Positions 26,469 through 28,108 of a stretch of DNA of 28,108 bases are shown piece after piece; within the stretch, counting starts at the first letter, position 1; each line of letters begins with the position of its first letter. A program made the translations under genes and the position numbers. Under the pieces are notes generated by a model that was not told the origin of the DNA, made no database searches, and saw nothing but the letters and a program-made list of their open reading frames with translations. Source of the stretch: a virus (Duplodnaviria; Caudoviricetes); IMG/VR virus record IMGVR_UViG_3300032373_000088, positions 1 through 28,108 of that record; one strand, given 5' to 3'.

Positions 26469-27277
26469 GGTTTTCGGCATTAATGCATAACTCTCGTCTG
26501 TATGATGTGGATGCTAAGGCGCACTTTGATCGGTTGAGTGTACTGGATAATCAGTTGATGAATGATCTTGATGTGTTGATTCGAATGCTCAAAACTATTG
26601 GGGTTTGGGTGTTAAAAGATGTTATATCGGTGGTGCATATTGGTGAGGCTGATTCACTGTTAAACCTAAAAGGTGCGCTATTTGATGCCACCAATGTAAA
26701 TGGTTGCGCCTTTGATGAGGGGCTTGGTTTTACGCCCAATGGCGGTACAAGTTCTTATATAAATACGAATTTCATCCCTGCTGCTGCTGGAATACTTGCT
26801 GATAAATCTGATTCATTTTTTATCTATCGTAATGCATTTACTGAGGGCGAGTTCGCTAGAAATGGTGCGTACCAAAGCGTGGATAACCGTCATATGGCTC
26901 TGGAGACCAGTGAGCTTACATTAATTACATCTAGCCCAGAGTCGCATTCGTATTATTCTCAACAGCTTTCAGGTGTGGTGACAAATAATGGGTTAGTAGC
27001 TTCAGGGTTTATTGGTGGTACGCACAGAGTCAATAATGAACTTGAGGCTCGATCCGATAGCGCAAACAACATAAGAACAGGTGTAGGTTCAAATGGCCTG
27101 CTTAATACTATTCCTTTATTTGTTGGTGCGCGAAATGTAAACGGTATCCCAGATTCTTACTCAAGCTCTCGATTCTCATGCTGGGGTGCCGGAGGTGGAT
27201 TAACATCACAGCAGCTGTCTGGGTTACGCGATGCGATACAGGTATATATGGTGGCGCGTGGTGCTCAGATGCTATAA
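26465..27277 (+). CDS. Putative receptor-binding protein with lectin (ConA/LamG)-like domain
   Basis: GFTPNG.SSYINTNF, LFVGARN, G.GLT..Q...L...IQ.Y pattern; last structural gene. Confidence 0.6.
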   Translation: MRFSALMHNSRLYDVDAKAHFDRLSVLDNQLMNDLDVLIRMLKTIGVWVLKDVISVVHIGEADSLLNLKGALFDATNVNGCAFDEGLGFTPNGGTSSYINTNFIPAAAGILADKSDSFFIYRNAFTEGEFARNGAYQSVDNRHMALETSELTLITSSPESHSYYSQQLSGVVTNNGLVASGFIGGTHRVNNELEARSDSANNIRTGVGSNGLLNTIPLFVGARNVNGIPDSYSSSRFSCWGAGGGLTSQQLSGLRDAIQVYMVARGAQML

Positions 27278-27333
27278 ATCTGAGGTCTAAAGATAGTCAG
27301 AAGTTTTCCGGTGAGTGATTTTTAATTTTAAGT

Positions 27334-27362
27334 GTCCCGTCCTGTAAAGGTCGGGATTTTTT
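27334..27362 (+). terminator. Intrinsic terminator ending the late operon
   Basis: TCCCG-T-CCT-GTAA-AGG-T-CGGGA followed by T-run; GNRA loop. Confidence 0.75.
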
Positions 27363-27393
27363 ATGTGTGATGTAAAACTGAGGATGTAAAAAA

Positions 27394-27792
27394 ATGACAA
27401 TCTGTAAGCGATGTGTTGCCTGGGTGTTAAGTGCCTTTTTTATGGCTGCGATTATATTGCCGGGCTGTGATAGTGCGGTGACGTTTAGCCCTGATTTTGA
27501 TGGCGCAAGTTATGATGCGCCAAGTTTTGAGGTGATTAAGGGTACGCTTAATGGGGTGGATACTCCATTTAGGGCCTCGCAGTTCTTCTGTGAGCCGAAT
27601 GGGTTTTATGTGTATTCGGATTTGCCTAGCTTGGCGTTTGTTGATAGCGGGTTAAATTATCGCGTGGATGTGGTGAATGTGGATGTGGAGATTGTTACCG
27701 TGTTAAATGCCGATGACACGCAAGTGGATTGCAGGGTTGAATTGGTGCCGCACGTTGATGTCGTGAAGAGCATAAAAGGGGTGTCGTTGTAG
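27394..27792 (+). CDS. Predicted lipoprotein (moron)
   Basis: Basic N-region, hydrophobic H-region, lipobox-like LPGC (Cys25); GAGG RBS. Confidence 0.65.
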   Translation: MTICKRCVAWVLSAFFMAAIILPGCDSAVTFSPDFDGASYDAPSFEVIKGTLNGVDTPFRASQFFCEPNGFYVYSDLPSLAFVDSGLNYRVDVVNVDVEIVTVLNADDTQVDCRVELVPHVDVVKSIKGVSL

Positions 27793-27794
27793 TC

Positions 27795-27917
27795 ATGGCT
27801 TATGCCTGCCAGTTAGATAAAAAAGGCTTTGTTTGGTGGTATCGTTTAAATCATATCACCGGAAACCTGGATGAGCGCCTAGAAAAGTACTATGAACACC
27901 TGGGGATTCGTTGGTAG
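27795..27917 (+). CDS. 40-aa hypothetical protein (below ORF-track cutoff)
   Basis: ATG 2 nt after the lipoprotein stop; MAYACQLDKKGFVWWYRLNHITGNLDERLEKYYEHLGIRW. Confidence 0.4.
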   Translation: MAYACQLDKKGFVWWYRLNHITGNLDERLEKYYEHLGIRW

Positions 27918-27944
27918 GTTTTGGGAATAAGGTTTGGGTCGGTG

Positions 27945-28108
27945 ATGGGGGAGTAATGGGGGAGTTGAATCAGTTTATTAATATTAATCTTAATTCATGT
28001 TAATTCATTGTTATTTATATAAATCAATAAGTTATATAAATAAATCTATTGCAATCAAAGAGTTGTAATTAGTCTTGAAAACCAGCGTCGGTTTATCCCG
28101 ACCCAGGG
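27945..28108. other. Prophage attachment junction: arm-type repeats, IHF sites, tRNA-derived core
   Basis: ATGGGGGAGT x2 (27945, 27956); TTAATTCAT x2 (27990, 28000); WATCAANNNNTTR matches at 28022-28034 and 28053-28065; tRNA fragment from 28072. Confidence 0.8.
28072..28108 (+). tRNA. 3' fragment of tRNA-Ser(UGA) (att core duplication, not an intact gene; cut by window end)
   Basis: Anticodon loop CTTGAAA 28074-28080, ACCAG stem strand, long variable arm GTCGG/CCGAC, start of T-stem CAGGG; no D-arm or acceptor 5' strand upstream. Confidence 0.8.

Larger units (their letters stand above)
1..28108 (+). mobile_element. Lambdoid siphovirus prophage, replication end through late region to att junction (left part outside window)
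   Basis: Co-oriented helicase, Q-like, cos, terminase, portal, capsid, tail, tape measure and fibre genes; ends in a tRNA 3' fragment preceded by IHF sites and arm-like repeats. Confidence 0.95.

Noticed and set aside
13472-27277. Diversity-generating retroelement or invertible fibre cassette, prompted by the Mtd-N-like motif
   Set aside because: No reverse transcriptase or invertase, and I saw no TR/VR repeat pair in the window
28030-28108. Intact tRNA gene or tRNA-Sec
   Set aside because: No acceptor 5' strand or D-arm upstream; anticodon reads TGA (Ser), not TCA

Overview
Right-hand ~28 kb of a temperate lambdoid siphovirus prophage, probably from a gammaproteobacterial host; all real genes are on the + strand. 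Order: 3' end of a VapE/VirE-type primase-helicase, an iteron-rich putative replication origin, a Q-like antiterminator with a pR'/tR'-like promoter-terminator pair, two membrane/holin-like genes with no recognisable endolysin, a lambda-like cos site, a small moron, a structured RNA leader plus ParB-DNA methyltransferase, and a lambda-type head module (TerS, TerL/gpA, gpW, portal, S49 protease with nested scaffold, gpD, gpE, FI-like). A terminator-bracketed three-gene insert ending in an Ig-like/trypsin-fold serine protease follows. Then come a non-contractile tail module (with a -1 frameshift chaperone pair and a 1522-aa tape measure), tail tip and receptor-binding genes, a lipoprotein moron, and an att junction (arm repeats, two IHF sites, 3' part of a tRNA-Ser(UGA)) at the window edge. 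The most novel-looking element is the head-adjacent fibre + serine protease cassette (13104-15393). Family assignments come from motif recognition by eye, not database searches.
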